Source: a virus. Taken from it: DNA of 8,612 nucleotides. This document shows positions 6,813 to 8,612 of the stretch, piece after piece. Under the pieces are notes generated by a model, which ran no database searches, was not told where the DNA came from, and saw only the letters and a list, made by a program, of their open reading frames with translations. Positions within the stretch are counted from its first letter, which is position 1; every line of letters starts with the position of its first letter. Where the stretch lies: positions 1 to 8,612 of IMG/VR virus record IMGVR_UViG_3300031418_000564. One strand, 5' to 3'. Position numbers and translations under genes: made by a program.

Positions 6813-6901
6813 TGAACTCATGAGCACATTAGCTCAACAGAAAAAATAATACACTCATGAACACATGAGTTCAAGAGGTTTGGCGTTAATGAACTCATGA
6901 G
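6813..6901. promoter_or_regulatory. Operator array in the divergent gII/regulator control region
   Basis: The identical 12-mer TGAACTCATGAG occurs at 6813-6824 and 6890-6901. A palindrome ACTCATG-AACA-CATGAGT lies at 6853-6870, and its right half extends to TGAACTCATG on the minus strand (6864-6873). This gives four ACTCATG copies in total. A -10-like TATACT lies at 6906-6911, and GGAG (6927-6930) lies 7 nt before ATG 6938. Confidence 0.55.
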
Positions 6902-6937
6902 GATGTATACTCTGGAAAAATATTCTGGAGTATCAAA

Positions 6938-7213
6938 ATGGCTAAACGTGCTACGTACAATGTCACCGAAGAGCGAAAATTGAAGCTTGAGCGGCTGGCT
7001 ATAGATGCAAGTGTCAAACTTGGGAAAACAGTAACGTGGACTGAATTGATGGGTCTGCTAATCGATGGCTATGCGAAAGACGCCGCTGATGACTTGATAG
7101 CTCAAGATTTAAGAGAGTTTGAGAAAGAGGTAATACTAGAAATGGAAGATGCTGAAATGGTCGGTGGTCGGGGGCCAGTAAGGGCTAAAAAAAATCAACC
7201 TAAAGTAAAATAG
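6938..7213 (+). CDS. Ribbon-helix-helix (CopG/Arc/MetJ-like) DNA-binding protein, 91 aa; putative phage repressor or regulator
   Basis: The N-terminus KRATYNVTEERKLKLERLAIDASVKLGKTVTWTELMGLLIDGYAKD fits a beta-strand/helix/G-x-T turn/helix pattern, comparable to CopG KKRLTITLSESVLENLEKMAREMGLSKSAMISVALENYKK (recalled). It has a good Shine-Dalgarno, is divergent from gII and lies next to repeated operators. Classical Ff/IKe phages have no counterpart. Confidence 0.6.
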   Translation: MAKRATYNVTEERKLKLERLAIDASVKLGKTVTWTELMGLLIDGYAKDAADDLIAQDLREFEKEVILEMEDAEMVGGRGPVRAKKNQPKVK

Positions 7214-7268
7214 TACGGGAAACCGTACTAAAGTTCGGGTGTCACAGAACCCCGAACCGCTTCGCGGT
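7211..7268. other. Cluster of three GC-rich stem-loops between the regulator and the cargo ORF
   Basis: Stem-loop 1: tagtacgg-gaaa-ccgtacta (7211-7230, 8-bp stem, GAAA loop, overlaps the TAG stop). Stem-loop 2: gttcggg-N11-cccgaac (7233-7257). Stem-loop 3: accgc-ttc-gcggt (7256-7268). None is followed by a T-run, so they are not classical terminators. Confidence 0.35.
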
Positions 7269-7341
7269 GCTAATGAATGGAAGTTGCGCTTCCTAAAATA
7301 AAAACCAGCTCAATAATGTTGCATTTTAAAAGAATTGGAAT

Positions 7342-8460
7342 TTGATAAAGATGAATGCACTCTTAGAGAAAATTGCAGGTGCAATAGCAACCTTTACAGT
7401 CGCTCTTATTTTGAATAAATTTTTTTCTACCTTTCGTGTAAGACAGCTTTATTTAGCATATGAAAACGCCCTTGAGTATACAACTCAAAGCAAATCTGGG
7501 CACACAGTGATGCTCACCATATCTAATAAAGGGAAAGAGAAAGAGAAAAATGTAAATGTGATAATACCTAGGAGTAAAAAAATATCAATTTTATCGTCAA
7601 GCTGTCCTGATATAGATTGTGATAATAATCAATTTAAGATTGAGAGAATTCTTTCAGGTGAATCCATCACGCTAGTTCTGTTGATTAAAGATGGTGAGAA
7701 AATATCAAAATCAAATTTACCAATAATTAAATCAGATGACGTGAATGGCAAGTGTTATAGCAGTGTAAAAAATATGCCACCAAGTCTTGGGCCTGCTATT
7801 TTTAGTTTGTCTTTGTTTTTTGCAGTTATCGCACTATTAGGTGTGAGTGCATATAAAGGATATGACCCATTTGAGGTTGCGTACTCTCAATACTATAAAT
7901 TGAGATTTAGTACATTTTATTCTCGTGGTTTCGATAATAATACATTTGATGAAAATTCCCTTATTAAACAATATGATACATCTAAAAACGAATTCCCAAT
8001 AGATCTTAAGAGTATCGAGATAATAAGTAATAATATTGAATATACATTTTTAGTAAATAATAGTACGAGTCAAAACATCAGTGTTGGCTTGAGTTTTACT
8101 GTCAAGAATAGCAGAGCATACTATGATGAGTTGGGCGAATCCCTTAATATAAGGGAAGATAAGGTGAGACGGGCTAAACTAACCGAGTTAAGGAAAAAAT
8201 ACAATATCCTAGAAAACGAATACGGATATACATATTCAGTTGATCAGTGGGTTGATAAAGGGCAGGCAAAAGAAATAAAAATAATTAGGCCGATTGTTAA
8301 AGGGCTAGATTACCAAAGCCTTGGGGTGAATATTAGAATGAGAAATGATTCTAATAACAAAGATTTCTATGGTGATTATACTTTCAAACCTGAACTCTCT
8401 GCTCTTGCAAAAAACAAATTAGATCCGATTCTCAGGTTTAACCAATATCCATTAAAATGA
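7342..8460 (+). CDS. Hypothetical membrane protein with two predicted TM helices, 372 aa (369 aa from ATG 7351); AT-rich accessory cargo gene
   Basis: Long uninterrupted ORF on the strand opposite all phage genes. It is visibly more AT-rich than the phage core. Hydrophobic helices lie at about residues 11-27 (IAGAIATFTVALILNKF) and 149-169 (LGPAIFSLSLFFAVIALLGVS). Each is followed by a strand-rich soluble segment. A charged helical stretch follows (EDKVRRAKLTELRKKYNILENE). I recognise no motif. The ORF track starts at TTG 7342, but ATG 7351 is the more likely start. A weak candidate promoter is TTCCTA-16-AATAAT (7290-7317). The bidirectional terminator lies 56 bp downstream. Confidence 0.75.
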   Translation: MIKMNALLEKIAGAIATFTVALILNKFFSTFRVRQLYLAYENALEYTTQSKSGHTVMLTISNKGKEKEKNVNVIIPRSKKISILSSSCPDIDCDNNQFKIERILSGESITLVLLIKDGEKISKSNLPIIKSDDVNGKCYSSVKNMPPSLGPAIFSLSLFFAVIALLGVSAYKGYDPFEVAYSQYYKLRFSTFYSRGFDNNTFDENSLIKQYDTSKNEFPIDLKSIEIISNNIEYTFLVNNSTSQNISVGLSFTVKNSRAYYDELGESLNIREDKVRRAKLTELRKKYNILENEYGYTYSVDQWVDKGQAKEIKIIRPIVKGLDYQSLGVNIRMRNDSNNKDFYGDYTFKPELSALAKNKLDPILRFNQYPLK

Positions 8461-8487
8461 AGCTATAAGTTACATGATATAAAAATT

Positions 8488-8514
8488 GGTTCGCATAATA
8501 ACGTTATGCAAAAG
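8488..8514 (+). other. dif-like site A, second copy
   Basis: Identical to 1-27. It lies 28 bp after the stop of the cargo ORF. Confidence 0.6.
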
Positions 8515-8515
8515 A

Positions 8516-8551
8516 GCCGCCTGCGAGATTCTATTTTCGCAGGCGGCTTTT
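8516..8551 (+). terminator. Bidirectional rho-independent terminator (second copy), positioned to terminate the cargo ORF
   Basis: Identical to 29-64: 11-bp GC stem plus TTTT. Confidence 0.75.
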
Positions 8552-8581
8552 CTACATAACGTGTGGCACATTATGCGCACC
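8549..8581 (-). other. dif-like site B, second copy
   Basis: Identical to 62-94. Confidence 0.6.
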
Positions 8582-8612
8582 TAGATAAGGATACGTGGAA
8601 TCTGGGGTTTTG

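Larger units (their letters stand above)
1..8487 (-). mobile_element. One complete genome unit of an Ff/IKe-like filamentous phage (inovirus). It is either a tandem or dif-integrated prophage, or a circular contig with terminal overlap.
   Basis: All ten or eleven canonical Ff genes lie in canonical order on one strand with overlapping or abutting stop and start codons. The sequence then repeats with an exact period of 8,487 bp (1-125 = 8488-8612). No integrase is present, and dif-like sites sit at the unit boundary. Confidence 0.9.
8488..8612 (+). repeat. Right copy of the 125-bp perfect direct repeat (start of the next phage unit, or circular overlap)
   Basis: Identical to 1-125. Confidence 0.95.

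Noticed and set aside
6118-6849. Two plus-strand ORFs (99 and 103 aa) opposite gII
   Set aside because: They are antisense to the conserved replication gene. The second runs into the operator region without a Shine-Dalgarno, and the compositions are implausible.
7211-7268. Hairpin cluster as a tRNA or tRNA fragment (a common prophage att target)
   Set aside because: It has no cloverleaf, no T-loop (GTTCGAATC-like) consensus in the right context and no acceptor stem. It is too short.
7342-7350. TTG start codon used by the ORF track for the cargo gene
   Set aside because: An ATG follows three codons later, at 7351, and neither has a strong Shine-Dalgarno. I keep the long coordinates in the feature list but consider ATG 7351 more likely.

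Overview
The window holds one complete 8,487-bp unit of an Ff-class filamentous phage (Inoviridae), plus the first 125 bp of the next unit: 1-125 is identical to 8488-8612. The coat, assembly and secretin proteins look closest, from memory, to the IKe/I2-2 lineage. The minus strand (viral-sense) carries the full canonical, tightly packed gene set: gII (with nested gX), gV, gVII, gIX, gVIII, a strong terminator, gIII, gVI, gI (with nested gXI) and gIV. About 770 bp of non-coding, hairpin- and repeat-rich intergenic DNA follows. The plus strand, antisense to the virion strand, carries DNA that classical IKe/Ff phages lack. It has a 91-aa ribbon-helix-helix-like regulator behind a four-copy ACTCATG operator array, a cluster of GC-rich hairpins, and an AT-rich 372-aa protein with two predicted TM helices that I cannot assign to any family. 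That ORF ends 28 bp before a 94-nt imperfect hairpin. The hairpin core is a bidirectional intrinsic terminator, and its outer arms are two inverted dif-like XerC/XerD sites. There is no integrase, transposase, tRNA, rRNA or CRISPR. The most interesting parts are the regulator plus membrane-protein cargo module (candidate exclusion, defence or virulence moron) and the CTXphi-like forked-hairpin att region on an IKe-type backbone. All homology statements rest on protein sequences recalled from memory and need database confirmation.
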